Counted from the stretch's first letter, positions 38,842-49,842 are shown. The stretch is DNA of 64,000 nucleotides from Candidatus Latescibacterota bacterium (GCA_965204745.1 OZ242010.1:3328001-3392000), one strand, 5' to 3'. Numbers and translations: made by a program. Notes: generated from the letters alone by a model not told the origin.

Positions 38842-41835
38842 ATGGCAAAGCAATGTTGTGTACTCTATACACGCGACGAGATGGGCCATGCGCGGCGGAA
38901 TATCGCGCGCTACGATTGGGCAAAGGCCGAGCGCGATGCGGTGATCGAGCGTTGCGAGCCGTGGATGGCGCGGAGTGATGAGGACATTTGGCAACTCGTC
39001 ACCGGGCAGTCCATTCCCCGAGGGATTCACGTCAATTCGGACCTCGGCTGTCCAGCGTGTGGGCGAGATGTCTATGCGTTTGGGAATTACCCATGGAACG
39101 TGTCGCTGGCGCGGCCGTGGAAACTCGAATGCCCGTCTTGTGGGGAGGTCTGGCCGAAGAATGATTTTGAGGCATTTTACGAGAGCGGTCTGGGACCCGG
39201 TGGCGTCTTTGACCGCGGTCTGGCCGATGAGTCCCTGTTGTTCAATGCGGAACACGCGGATCCCGACGATCCGCTGCGGGGCTTTGCGGTGGATGACGGC
39301 ATGGGGTGGATCGACGACGCGGGCAACCGCTGGTGGTTCATCGCCTATTACAGCCATTATTGCACCTGGGCCGAGTTGCCCGAAGCGGCATTGGCACTCG
39401 GCAAGGCGTATTTGTACACGGGCGACGCGGCGTATGCCCACAAGGGCGCCGTGATTTTAGACCGCATTGCAGACGTGTATCCGGAGATGGATCTGACGCC
39501 CTATTCGGATCTGGGGATTTACAATTCGGATGGGAGCACCGGGCTTGGGCGCATCAAGGGTTGTATCTGGGAAAACGGGATGGCAGAGACCCTGTCGCTG
39601 GCCTACGATATGGTCTATGAGGGGATGGCAGGCGACGCGGCGTTGGTGCGGTTTTTGTCCGCGAAAGCCGCGACTTGGAAAATTGCGCGGCCCAAGCACA
39701 GCATTGCCCAGATCCGCGAGAACATCGAACGTGGGTTGCTCAGGGAGTTTATGCTTTCGTGCCGGGACAGGCGCATCCGCGGCAACGAGGGGATGACGCA
39801 AACCGCGATGGCAACCGCAGCGGCGGTGTTGGACGATCCCGAAGAGACGCCCGCGGCACTGGATTGGCTTTTTGAACCGGGAGAGTCCCGCGGCACGGGC
39901 GGGGGACATATTCCCGCGACTTTGATCGGCGAGGTGGATCGAGACGGGGTCGGCAATGAGGCCGCGCCGGGGTATTGTTTCGGCTGGATGACCGCTTATG
40001 CGCGCTGTGCGTGGGTGTTGGATCGGTGTCGCAAGTATCGGGACCGCGATCTGTACCGGGATTATCCCCGGCTCGAGCGCATGTTCGGCGTGCCCTATCG
40101 CCTCACCGCGTTGGATCGCTATACCCCCCACATCGGAGACACGGGCAACACGGGTGGCGAGGGCATGGTGAATGTGGACCTCCAAACCGTGCTCCACGCT
40201 TTTGCGCGGTTTGGAGACCCGGATCTCGCTCGGTTGGCGTACAAATTGAATGGCAACAGCGCGGATGGATTGCACACGTCCATTTTTGACGCGGAGCCAG
40301 AGGCGATTCAAACCGCGGTGCTCGAGCGCGTCGACCAGCGCGGGGAATTGCACCTCACGAGCGAAAATCTGAATGGGTATGGGCTGACCGTATTTCGGCA
40401 AGGCACAGGGGATGATCGGCGAGCCGCGTGGCTGTATTACGGGCGCAACGGGGGGCACGGTCATAAGGACAGGTTGAATTTTGGGATGTATTACCGGGGT
40501 ATGGATGTGTTGCCGGATTTGGGGTACCCGGAATACGCGGACGGCAAATGGCCCAAGCGCGCGGGTTGGACCACGAATACCATTTCGCACAATACGGTTG
40601 TGGTCAACCGAAAGTCGCAAGAGGTGAACTGGATTGGGCATTGCCAGCTTTTTGCCGCGGCTGAGGGCGTGGGCGTTGTGGAAGTCGCTTCCCCAGAGGT
40701 CTATCCCGAGGTGCGCGATTATCGGCGGACACTCGCTATGGTGGAGGTGTCGCGGACCGGGTCTTATTTGGTCGATTTTTTTCGCGTGGCCGGCGGGGAC
40801 GACCATGTGATGAGTTTCCACGCAGGCGAAGGCGACGCGAGCACAGAGGGCATCGACCCGACCCGGCGGGAAAAGGGGACGTACGCGGGCGAGGACATTG
40901 CCTTTGGCACGCACTACGACGGCCCCAATGACGGACGCTATCGGGGAAGCGGGTTTGCCTATCTCTACGGGGTCAGCCGCGCCGAGAATCCCGCGCCCGG
41001 CTGGTGGGCAGACTGGCGGTTGACGGATACCTGGCAGACGCAGCTCGGCGCGACCCCGTTGCACCTGCGCTATCGCGTCTTGTCCAATGTGGAAGATGCC
41101 GCGCTGGCATGGGGGGACCCGCCGCAAAACAAGCCGGGCAATCCCAGGCGGATACGCTATGTGCTCTTGCACAATTCCGGGTCAGACCGCAAGAGCTTGT
41201 TTGCGTCAATCGCAGAGCCGTATCCCGAAGGGCAACCGCACCTGACAGACGCGGCCCGCATCGACCTGGGATTGGCCGAGGACGATTTGACGGCTGCGGC
41301 TGTACGGGTGACGACGCGCACGGGCCGGGAGGATCGCATTTTGTCATCGGATGATCCGGACCGCGTGTTTGACTTGGGAGATGGCATCGCCATTGCCGCG
41401 CGCTTTGCCCTGGTCTCGCAGGAGGAAAATGGACCCATCACCATTTTTCTCATCGGGGGAACGCAGGTGACGACCCGGTTCGGAACCCTGCGGTTGAACG
41501 ATCCGGTGTATCGCGGCGCGGTAACGGACTTTCACCGAGGGGAAACCGGCACGGCTTGGGTTGAGGTGGAAGGCAATCTGCCGCCGGACGAGCGGCTGAT
41601 CGGTTCGCAACTCCGAATCCTGAATGACGGGGTTCGGGATGCGTGTTATACCGTGTCCGCCATTTCGCCCGCGGGCAATGGCGCGGTGCGCGTGGAAGTG
41701 GGCGATACGTCCTTTATCCGAGGGCTTCAATCGCGCGAGGATTACGAAAGGGGATTTGTGTACAATTTTTCTCTCGGCGACCCATGCGAGATCCAAAACG
41801 CGATTCACCTTCGCATTGCCAAGGGCGAGAGGTGA
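38842..41835 (+). CDS. Heparinase II/III-like polysaccharide lyase
   Basis: DGVGNEAAPGY, GGHGHKDRLN, LPDLGYP, TISHNTVVVN, YLVDFFRVAGG. Confidence 0.8.
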   Translation: MAKQCCVLYTRDEMGHARRNIARYDWAKAERDAVIERCEPWMARSDEDIWQLVTGQSIPRGIHVNSDLGCPACGRDVYAFGNYPWNVSLARPWKLECPSCGEVWPKNDFEAFYESGLGPGGVFDRGLADESLLFNAEHADPDDPLRGFAVDDGMGWIDDAGNRWWFIAYYSHYCTWAELPEAALALGKAYLYTGDAAYAHKGAVILDRIADVYPEMDLTPYSDLGIYNSDGSTGLGRIKGCIWENGMAETLSLAYDMVYEGMAGDAALVRFLSAKAATWKIARPKHSIAQIRENIERGLLREFMLSCRDRRIRGNEGMTQTAMATAAAVLDDPEETPAALDWLFEPGESRGTGGGHIPATLIGEVDRDGVGNEAAPGYCFGWMTAYARCAWVLDRCRKYRDRDLYRDYPRLERMFGVPYRLTALDRYTPHIGDTGNTGGEGMVNVDLQTVLHAFARFGDPDLARLAYKLNGNSADGLHTSIFDAEPEAIQTAVLERVDQRGELHLTSENLNGYGLTVFRQGTGDDRRAAWLYYGRNGGHGHKDRLNFGMYYRGMDVLPDLGYPEYADGKWPKRAGWTTNTISHNTVVVNRKSQEVNWIGHCQLFAAAEGVGVVEVASPEVYPEVRDYRRTLAMVEVSRTGSYLVDFFRVAGGDDHVMSFHAGEGDASTEGIDPTRREKGTYAGEDIAFGTHYDGPNDGRYRGSGFAYLYGVSRAENPAPGWWADWRLTDTWQTQLGATPLHLRYRVLSNVEDAALAWGDPPQNKPGNPRRIRYVLLHNSGSDRKSLFASIAEPYPEGQPHLTDAARIDLGLAEDDLTAAAVRVTTRTGREDRILSSDDPDRVFDLGDGIAIAARFALVSQEENGPITIFLIGGTQVTTRFGTLRLNDPVYRGAVTDFHRGETGTAWVEVEGNLPPDERLIGSQLRILNDGVRDACYTVSAISPAGNGAVRVEVGDTSFIRGLQSREDYERGFVYNFSLGDPCEIQNAIHLRIAKGER

Positions 41836-42357
41836 GAGGCGAGAGGTGAGAGGTGAGAGGCGAGAGGGCATGGAAGGACATAGCGGCGAAGAATTGGGAC
41901 CTACCCCCTAACCCCCTTCCTAAGAGGAAGGGGGAATAGCGAGAGGGTTTGCGAGGGATTGCGCGAGGGGGGTTTGGGTTTCTATGGCGTGATCCATTCG
42001 CCCAAAGCCATCGAAACAGCTAGGGAGACAAACCGTCAAAAAGCCATGCGCTCCCCCTTCCTTGTAGGCACAGGCGTAGCCTACAATGAGCGAAGCGAAT
42101 AACGGGGGCCGGGGGATAGGGTATGGCGACAGGGCATGGAAGGATATAGCGGCGGGGAAACGATGAAGCGGCGGTAGGGCGGGGGGGCGGTCTCACCTCT
42201 TACTTCTCGCCTCTTACTTCTCGCCTCTTCACCTCTTACTTCTCGCCTCTTACTTCTCGCCTCTTACTTCTCGCCTCTTACTTCTCGCCTCTTACTTCTC
42301 GCCTCTTACTTCTCGCCTCTTACTTCTTGCCTCTCACCTCTTCCTCACCTCTCACCT
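41826..42357. repeat. Inverted heptamer tracts enclosing a MITE-like element (41896-42121)
   Basis: (GAGAGGT/C)n 41826-41868; (CTTACTTCTCGCCT)n 42198-42330. Confidence 0.85.
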
Positions 42358-42386
42358 TACAAGAACACCGATGAAAGGAGCCAAAC

Positions 42387-43283
42387 ATGGCAACCAAACG
42401 CATCAACCGATGTATCGAACTGCTCGAGCAGGGCGACTACCTCTATTACACGGGGGCAGGCCCGCTCACGTACGAGAACGGCAAGCAACAGGCCAAGACG
42501 TGGGCGGATTTTTTGATGGTGGATTACGAACACAATCCGTTTGACGTGGTCGGCCTTCGCACGTTTATGCGCGGGTTGGTCGATGGCGGCCCCACCAAGT
42601 CCGGGCATCGCACCCCGACCGTGATCGCCACGTTGCCATCCAACTGCCGCACCGTGGCGGAAGTGCGCGCCAATGCGTGGCAGATCAGGCACGTCTTGAG
42701 CGCGGGCGCGCACGGCATTTTGCACACGCATGCGCGGCAAGCCGATGCGGTCAGGGCCTTTGTCGAAGAGTGCCGCTATCCCTTCCAAACCCTGGGGCTG
42801 GATAGCGGCCTGGTTCAGGGACAACGCGGCGCAGGCGGTCAGGGCTACGCCGCCGAGATCTGGGGACTCAGCGGGCCGGAGTACACGCAGAAAGCCGATC
42901 CCTGGCCCCTCAATCCGGATGGCGAACTGATGCTCGGCCTGAAAATCGAAGACCGCGAGTGCGTTGCCAATGCCGAATTTATTTGCAAAGTGCCGGGCTT
43001 GGCATTCGCCGAATGGGGGCCTGGGGACATGGGCATGTCCTACGGATTCGCCGATGCCCACGACCCGCCGTATCCGGAGGTGATGGAACGGGCCCGAACC
43101 ACTGTGAAGGCCGAATGCGATGCCAATGGGATTCATTTTTTGTGCTCGTGGAAAGACCCCTCGAAAACCACCGAAGAGAACATTCGGTTTCTCATGGATT
43201 GGGGCGTGCGAATTATCTCGGGCGGCGGAGAGGAACACGCCCGAATCGGACGTGCGATTTCGGGCAGGCAAATGCCCGTGTGA
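42387..43283 (+). CDS. HpcH/HpaI aldolase/citrate lyase family protein
   Basis: VDYEH, LGLKIED, EWGPGDMGMSYG. Confidence 0.85.
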   Translation: MATKRINRCIELLEQGDYLYYTGAGPLTYENGKQQAKTWADFLMVDYEHNPFDVVGLRTFMRGLVDGGPTKSGHRTPTVIATLPSNCRTVAEVRANAWQIRHVLSAGAHGILHTHARQADAVRAFVEECRYPFQTLGLDSGLVQGQRGAGGQGYAAEIWGLSGPEYTQKADPWPLNPDGELMLGLKIEDRECVANAEFICKVPGLAFAEWGPGDMGMSYGFADAHDPPYPEVMERARTTVKAECDANGIHFLCSWKDPSKTTEENIRFLMDWGVRIISGGGEEHARIGRAISGRQMPV

Positions 43284-43309
43284 GCGCGTCAAACACAAAG
43301 GAGTTGGCG

Positions 43310-45094
43310 ATGGTCAAAATGTTGTTGCGCGATGTCGCGATGTCGGACCTCGCGGAAATTTACGAGCGAAATGCAGATCGATCCCCTGCGCCGTATCTCG
43401 AAGACGCAACGGCGATTGAACGGGCGAGGGGGTTGGCGAAAAAGAACGGGGTGTGGGATGACCTGAGCGAGAATTTGCATCCCACGCGAGAGATTCCGGT
43501 GTTGAAGCGGTCCGCGTTCCGCAATTACCAGCGCGTTGGTGACCGCAACTTGCCGCAGACCGTCGCGGGCAATCGCAGGCGCGAGTTGGAGCGGGCCGCG
43601 CTGGCCCTGTGGCTTTCGCATCCCAAGGCGGAGGTGGATTATTTGCAGGATTTGCTCTGGGCGTATTGCGACGATCACACTTGGGTCATGGCGGCCCACG
43701 AAGGGCGGGCCATCGATTTGGGGTCCGCTGGATTGGGCGCCGCGTTTGCGGAAATTTTGCATGTGTTGGGCGACCAACTCGAAGCCGAGGTGGTGCAGCG
43801 CGTTTCGCAAAAAATCGAGGAACGCATTTTTGAACCGTTTTGGAATTACGAACACTTGGATTTTTGGAAGACCGCGCGGATGAATTGGAACCATGTTTGC
43901 AATGGCGAGATCATCCGCACGGCGCTTTACCAGATTCAAGACCCCACGGTGTTGGCGCACATGACGCACGCGGCAATCGTCAATTTGACGTACGCGCTGG
44001 ACGGGTTCACAAACGACGGCGGGTGCGAAGAAGGGCCGGGGTATTGGGAGTACGGCTTTGGGCATTTCTTGTCCGTTGCCCACGCGCTTTATTTGAAGAC
44101 CGATGGCGAGTTGAATTTGATGGCGGATGAGACCGGCAAAATCCAGCGAATATGCCGGTACCCGCTCGCCGCGCACATTCACGGCGCGTTGCGCTCGACC
44201 TTTGCCGATTCGAGTCACGGGTACACCGGCGCGCGCTCCGCCCTGATCATCAATGCGTTTTTTGACCTGCCCGAACTCTACGCCCTGTGCGACACGCATC
44301 CGGACAACACCTTGAAGGTGCGCGATATGCACGGCTTGGCGATGTATGACGGGTTCGCGGTGACAGCAGAAGCAGATGATCGGGATTACGTCTTGCCAGA
44401 CTTGGGGCAGGCCAAGTTGCGGGGCGCGCCTGGGGACGATCAGTTGACCCTGATGTGTTTGGCCGGCAACAACGGCGTGCCGCACAACCACAACGACATC
44501 GGCAGTTTTATCGTGCATCGCGGGGACGCGCTGTGGTTGACGGATCCCGGCGGCCCTGTGTACAGCCAGAAAACCTTTGGCCCCAATCGCTACGACATTT
44601 TGTTTTGCAACGCGCTCGGGCATTCCGTGCCCATCATCGACGGGCAGTTGCAACAGGAGGGCAGCGAGTATTTCGGCACGTTGAGCGTTGAAAATTTGAA
44701 TGGCGAGAAGCGGGCGGTCATAGATATGACGAGGGCCTATCCCACGGGCACGGTGAAAAGCCTGACGCGCACGTTCGCGCTTCAGGCCAATGTGCTGACG
44801 CTGACGGATCACTACGTGTTTGACCACCCGCCGCAAACGGTCGAAGAGGGATTTATCACATTTGAATCCGCAACGATCAGCGCGGATGGCGATACCGTAC
44901 AGATCGGGCCGAAGAACGCGGGCATCGCGCTTTCGGCTGTGTTGACACCCGGGGCATTCTCCATCCAGCGATTCGAGGAGGAATCCAAAGAAGGGCGCAC
45001 GGACGAGGTGGTCACGCGCATCATTTTCACGCCCGAGCACCTGTCGCGGGATTTCCGGTTGCAATTTGCAATGGTGTCAGACACCCCGCGCTAA
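43310..45094 (+). CDS. Heparinase II/III-like protein
   Basis: NWNHVCN, DGGCEEGPGYWEYGFG, HNHNDIGSFI, GHSVPIIDG; the last codons lie inside the adjacent IS end. Confidence 0.82.
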   Translation: MVKMLLRDVAMSDLAEIYERNADRSPAPYLEDATAIERARGLAKKNGVWDDLSENLHPTREIPVLKRSAFRNYQRVGDRNLPQTVAGNRRRELERAALALWLSHPKAEVDYLQDLLWAYCDDHTWVMAAHEGRAIDLGSAGLGAAFAEILHVLGDQLEAEVVQRVSQKIEERIFEPFWNYEHLDFWKTARMNWNHVCNGEIIRTALYQIQDPTVLAHMTHAAIVNLTYALDGFTNDGGCEEGPGYWEYGFGHFLSVAHALYLKTDGELNLMADETGKIQRICRYPLAAHIHGALRSTFADSSHGYTGARSALIINAFFDLPELYALCDTHPDNTLKVRDMHGLAMYDGFAVTAEADDRDYVLPDLGQAKLRGAPGDDQLTLMCLAGNNGVPHNHNDIGSFIVHRGDALWLTDPGGPVYSQKTFGPNRYDILFCNALGHSVPIIDGQLQQEGSEYFGTLSVENLNGEKRAVIDMTRAYPTGTVKSLTRTFALQANVLTLTDHYVFDHPPQTVEEGFITFESATISADGDTVQIGPKNAGIALSAVLTPGAFSIQRFEEESKEGRTDEVVTRIIFTPEHLSRDFRLQFAMVSDTPR

Positions 45095-46010
45095 AGCATC
45101 GGGGCTTGACCTTGCCCGTCTCCGCTAGTTGGCAGATAGGGCGAGTCTTTAGGCTTTCTGACGTAGCCCATTTGGGATTTAGGCGAATTGCAGTACCGCA
45201 CGTTGTCGGATATTCCGGGCGGCGTTGATGTCCGCATTCGCTTGATGCCCACGCTGGAGAGAAGCGCGGTGTTTGGCGTAGCGTTGTCGGACAACTTCAA
45301 CATCTTCACCAGACCATTGCGTGCCGTCGTCCGTGGTGGCGATAGGCGCCACGCCCAAGTCCACGCCGAGAAAGTCTTGGACATCTTGCATATCGCCATC
45401 GGGAATTTCAATGGCGATATGGAGAAACCACTTGCCATCCTTTCTCAACACCAAATCCGCCTGCTTCTTAGTGTGGTGCCACCGGTTCTGCTGATAGTCG
45501 CCATAGATGCACGGAACGACAACGCGACCTTGCAAAGTGGATAGCGAAACCTTATCCGCCCCCTTGATCGAATACAACCGCTTGTCGTAGGGCACAGACG
45601 AAAACGGACGGAACGTCGGCGCGGTTTTGTGCTTCTTCTTCAGCGCAGATTTCACCGCAACAACGACGAGACCAAACACCTTGACCGCATGTTGGGCCGA
45701 CAAGCCAAAGCGTTTGCGAATGTCGTAGTAATACAACTTCTGAAGTGCAAAATTGTCGGTCAATCGGCGTTCAAAAGCAAGCGGAGAGACATAGTTGCAA
45801 GCCGCATTGAAGCGTTGCATCGTCTCGCGCATCTTGTCCGCGCTAACCGCGTCAGGCAACAGCCGTATCTGAAGTACCACTTTCATAGCACACCCTCCTT
45901 GTGAATAGTATAGTCACAAAAGAGGAACAGGTCAAACGATTTATGTGCTGAAGCAACACCAACTTCAAAGCCCTTACCTCCCGCCGTGAACGGACGGGGC
46001 TTCATGGGCT
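45076..46010 (-). mobile_element. Non-autonomous IS200/IS605-family (tnpB-only) element
   Basis: Right-end hairpin AAGCCCCGATGCTTTAGCGCGGGGTGTCTGAC; left-end hairpin AAGCCCCGTCCGTTCACGGCGGGAG; promoter TTGACC-N17-TATACT (45935-45907). Left boundary approximate. Confidence 0.78.
45179..45886 (-). pseudogene. tnpB: TnpB with in-frame internal deletion
   Basis: FNAACNY, FGLSAQ, RuvC-I LGVDLG, then RASLQR joined directly to GHQANADINAARNI; RuvC-II and the Zn ribbon are missing. Confidence 0.85.
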
Positions 46011-46097
46011 CGATATGCTATTTCCCTTGACCCCAACGCCCGCCTGCGCGATTATTGTGCAACCGTGTTACCCACTTCATGATTTCAGGAGTCTGCA

Positions 46098-47000
46098 ATG
46101 GCAAGCGTTCTCAAAGAAGCCACCGCACGCATCGCAGAAAGCGACGTGGCTTTTTACCGCGAAAACGGATATCTCGTCATTCCCGATGCGCTCACCCAAG
46201 AAGAAGTTGAAACCCTGCGCGCTGAAACCGCGGCCTTGTGTCGGGGCGAGCGCGGCGCGGTGAGTCAGTTGCCCGAGGTGTCCTCCGGCGATACCGATGA
46301 CGAGGTGCTCAACCGCATTCTGTGCATCCACCACGTACACAGAACCTCGCCCATGATGTACGACGCGCTCTCCCATCCCGTGCTCGTCGAAGCCCTCACC
46401 CGCGTCATTGGCCCCAATGTCAAATGCATGCAATCCATGCTCTTTATCAAAAGTGCCGGCAAGCCCGGGCAAGCGTGGCACCAAGATGAAATCTACATCC
46501 CCACCCGCGACCGCTCCCTCACTGGCGGCTGGTTTGCCCTCGACGATGCCACCGCGCAAAACGGCTGTTTGTGGGTCATTCCCGGCTCGCACAAGCGCGG
46601 GATTTTGTGGCCGCAGCGCGTGCAACACGACGCCCGTTTTGACTGCGCCCATGAGACCTTCCGCTTTCCGTACACCGATGACGACGCCATCCCCGTGGAA
46701 GTTCACACCGGCGCGCTCGTCCTCTTTCACGGCTACTTGCTCCACCGCTCATTGCCCAACCGCGCCAAATCCGGTTTTCGCCGCGTGCTCGTCAACCACT
46801 ACATGAGCGCGGAATCCCTCTTGCCGTGGCACAGCCTCAAACCCGGCGAGCGCGTGGCAACCGCCGACTTTCGAGAAATCATCATGATCGCAGGCGAAGA
46901 CCCTTACGCGTACAAAGGCACGCAAATGTCCGGACGCCCCCATGTGCGATCTGCCGGCGAAGGTGGGTGCGGCGATGGCCGGCAGAATGTGCGGTCATGA
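46098..47000 (+). CDS. Phytanoyl-CoA dioxygenase family protein
   Basis: WHQDE (HxD), NGCLWVIPGSH, LLHRSLPN, RRVLVNHY. Confidence 0.92.
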   Translation: MASVLKEATARIAESDVAFYRENGYLVIPDALTQEEVETLRAETAALCRGERGAVSQLPEVSSGDTDDEVLNRILCIHHVHRTSPMMYDALSHPVLVEALTRVIGPNVKCMQSMLFIKSAGKPGQAWHQDEIYIPTRDRSLTGGWFALDDATAQNGCLWVIPGSHKRGILWPQRVQHDARFDCAHETFRFPYTDDDAIPVEVHTGALVLFHGYLLHRSLPNRAKSGFRRVLVNHYMSAESLLPWHSLKPGERVATADFREIIMIAGEDPYAYKGTQMSGRPHVRSAGEGGCGDGRQNVRS

Positions 47001-48410
47001 GTTTTGGTACTGATCCCCCGGCGCGCGCTGGTAGGTTTTTGCAATGGCCGGATCCGTATCGGTCTCCGCGATCAATTTCAGGAGGGCGTCGTGCAACCGC
47101 CGCGCTTCTTTGGGATGGGCGGCGATGACATTGTTTTGCTGATGGGGATCGTCGGGCATGAGAAATAATTCATCCACGCGCCGCTCCGGCATGTTGCGGC
47201 AATCGTAGCGTTCGATGCGAATCGGCTTGGGGCCTTTGTACGCCAAGTCCTTGTTGGGCCAATACACCAGCGTCCAGGTGCCGTCGGTAATTGTGGCGGG
47301 CACTGTGCCCCACGAGTCATCCAAATTGCGCCCGCTGATTGCGAACTCTCGATGTAGCACGGTCTCGCCCAGCAACACATCGGCAAACGATTTTCCCTGC
47401 ACCCCATTGGGCGCGTCCAATCCCGCCAACGCGCAAAGCGTGGGAAACACATCCACGGGTTGTACCAGACTATCCACGCGCTTGCCCGCCATCGCCCTGT
47501 CCGGGTGATAGACCATAAACGGCAGGTGAACCATCGGGTCGTAAAGCTGGCCCCAGTCGCCCCAGGGCTTGCCCTGCAACCCGTGGTCGCCAAAGTAGTG
47601 ACCGTGATCAGCCATCACCAAAAACACCGTATTCTCCTTCAACCCCATCACCTCAACCGCATCCCACAACATCCCCAACCACCGATCCGTCATCGTCACT
47701 TCCCCGGCGTACAAAGCGCGCACATGCTCGCGTTCCCGATCCGTCATGTAATTGCTGAACCCATAGCACGGATAAATGAGCTCATCGCCCTCATAATCCG
47801 CGTCGTACAGATCCACATAGTACTGCGGCGGGTCCCACGGCTCGTGCGGATCCCAAGAATCGATCCATAAAAAAAAGCCATCCCGCACGTAATTCCGCTC
47901 CAACCAGTGCATCGCTTGGGTGAACACGCGCGGCCCCAAATAATCGGATTCAAACAACCGCCCGCGCTGGTTTGCCAGATAGCGAATCACCCCGGGCTTG
48001 ACCTTATCCGCACTGGCCGGCCAGTCGATTTCCTCCAAGGCGTCGCTGATCCACGGCTCTCCGCCCTGCCCGCGAATCCACTCAATCGACCCAAATCCCC
48101 GGTCGAGAAAATTCCCCTGCGTCATAAACATCGGCGTATCAAAAACCAATCCCGTGGCATATCCCGCCCGGCGAAACCCCTCGGCCAGCGTGGGCACGCC
48201 GCGTTCCATCGCATCCCAGGTGTGAAACGGATGCCCCCAGCGCCCGGTGAACAAATCGCGCCGGCACGGCAGGGTTGGAAACGACCCCGCATACGCCTTT
48301 GAAAACACCAAGGACTCGGTCGCAATGCGATCCATATTCGGGGTCTTCGCCTTGTTGCCATACACATGGTCTGCCCGCAACGAGTCCAGCATCACGCAAA
48401 TAACATTCAC
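46995..48410 (-). CDS. Sulfatase/alkaline-phosphatase superfamily protein
   Basis: GTG start; DSLRADH, FPTLPCRRDLFTG, WDPHEPWDPP, ADHGH, VDVFPTL. Confidence 0.87.
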   Translation of the reverse strand: MNVICVMLDSLRADHVYGNKAKTPNMDRIATESLVFSKAYAGSFPTLPCRRDLFTGRWGHPFHTWDAMERGVPTLAEGFRRAGYATGLVFDTPMFMTQGNFLDRGFGSIEWIRGQGGEPWISDALEEIDWPASADKVKPGVIRYLANQRGRLFESDYLGPRVFTQAMHWLERNYVRDGFFLWIDSWDPHEPWDPPQYYVDLYDADYEGDELIYPCYGFSNYMTDREREHVRALYAGEVTMTDRWLGMLWDAVEVMGLKENTVFLVMADHGHYFGDHGLQGKPWGDWGQLYDPMVHLPFMVYHPDRAMAGKRVDSLVQPVDVFPTLCALAGLDAPNGVQGKSFADVLLGETVLHREFAISGRNLDDSWGTVPATITDGTWTLVYWPNKDLAYKGPKPIRIERYDCRNMPERRVDELFLMPDDPHQQNNVIAAHPKEARRLHDALLKLIAETDTDPAIAKTYQRAPGDQYQNS

Positions 48411-48420
48411 GCCAAGCCTC

Positions 48421-49410
48421 CTAATCTCGCAATCGCCCAGTGCCGCGCAACACGGTCTCTTGAACCAGCAACTCGTGCTCGTACGGGCGATCTGCCGGGC
48501 GCGCGCCGCGCATCGCATCCAAAAACGCTTCCAATTCCAACGCGTACAAATCCTGCCGCGATTGTGGGGCCACCTCGACAAATTGCACGCCTGCGTCATA
48601 TCCATCTCGCGCACGGGCCAAACACAGGCGGATATGCTCCGCAGGCTCCATCGGATCCATAATCGCGCTGCCCTGCGTGCCATACACTTCGAACCGCCGC
48701 GCAGTCGGCCGCGGTTCCATCGCCGCGATATCGACGATGGCAATGGCCCGCTCAAATTCAAAAATGCCCACTCCATTGTCGGTAAAGCCCTCGACCTCGC
48801 GCATATCGTTCCGCATAAACGGCGTCACGCGCACGGGCCTGCCCAAAAGCCACACGATTTGATCGAGTTGATGGCTGGACAGATCGTAAAATATGCCACC
48901 GCGATGCGCCGCGACCCGTTCCTTTTGCGCTTTGCCCACTGACGTGGACATGTGCGCCCGAACCGCAAACACATCGCCCAACAACCCCGAACGCACCCAC
49001 TCGGCGATTTTGCAATACCCATCGTGATACCGAAACATGTACCCCATCTGCACGAGCGAGTCCCGCTCGCGCGCCAGCGCGATGACCCGCTGCCATCCCG
49101 CCCAATTTTCGCCTGCGGGTTTGTCGTACCAAACGTGCTTGCCCGCTCGCACAATGGCCTCTGTCTGCGCCAGGCTTTCGACATTCGCGCCCTCTGACGC
49201 AATGCCCACAATGGACGCATCCCCGAGCATCTCCGCTTCGGATTCAAACCAAGACACGCCCTCATAACTGCCCGATTGCGCCGCGGCCTCGCGCTGTCGC
49301 TCATCGGGTTCAAACACGCCGACCACCTCGACTTCGGCATTTGCTCGCATCGCCCGCAATTTCCCGGCCGCGTGCCCGTGCTTTGTCCCGTATTGCGCCA
49401 TCCTGATCAT
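48421..49410 (-). CDS. Gfo/Idh/MocA oxidoreductase
   Basis: GKHVWYDKPAG, QMGYMFRY, GGIFYDLSSHQLD, FEVYGTQGS. Confidence 0.9.
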   Translation of the reverse strand: MIRMAQYGTKHGHAAGKLRAMRANAEVEVVGVFEPDERQREAAAQSGSYEGVSWFESEAEMLGDASIVGIASEGANVESLAQTEAIVRAGKHVWYDKPAGENWAGWQRVIALARERDSLVQMGYMFRYHDGYCKIAEWVRSGLLGDVFAVRAHMSTSVGKAQKERVAAHRGGIFYDLSSHQLDQIVWLLGRPVRVTPFMRNDMREVEGFTDNGVGIFEFERAIAIVDIAAMEPRPTARRFEVYGTQGSAIMDPMEPAEHIRLCLARARDGYDAGVQFVEVAPQSRQDLYALELEAFLDAMRGARPADRPYEHELLVQETVLRGTGRLRD

Positions 49411-49761
49411 CGCTCATTCCCTCCTGTGGTAATACGTAGTCGCGCCATTAGAATAACACGCCCTCCACTTGAAGTCAAACGAGATTTGTCAGTTGTCAGT
49501 TGTCAGTTGTCAGTTGTCAATGCGAATTAAGAGTAGAAAGCGAGTAAGAAGCAAGCCGCGGTCAATCATCCAAAGACCTGAACGAGTCATCCATTATAGA
49601 ATCGCCCTTGAATTTGTCTTAAAACGAACGATAGATGCCCCTCCTCCGGCTCTTCCCCGCAACGGAGAGATGTTATTCCCCTTGTATCTTCCTCGTAGGC
49701 ACAGGCGTAGCCTACAACGAAGCGTAGCGAGTAACGGGGCTAGTGGGTAGGTTCCAATTCC

Positions 49762-49808
49762 AAAAAGTAAAGCCCGAGTTCACTGGGAACCCGGGCTTTA
49801 CTTTTTTT
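49762..49808. terminator. Bidirectional terminator
   Basis: AAAAAGTAAAGCCCGAGTTC...GAACCCGGGCTTTACTTTTTT. Confidence 0.85.
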
Positions 49809-49842
49809 GTATGCGTGCCGCCCTTTCGGACCCCTTCGTCGT

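Noticed and set aside
42198-42330. Tandem 14-mers here and at 59520-59625 as a CRISPR array
   Set aside because: No unique spacers, the unit is too short, and no cas genes are present.
48411-48776. N-terminal extensions in the ORF track (sulfatase; also porV, rfbD, trpD, IS110 and the 42959 ORF)
   Set aside because: They overlap neighbouring genes or non-coding ends; the RBS and family motifs support downstream starts.
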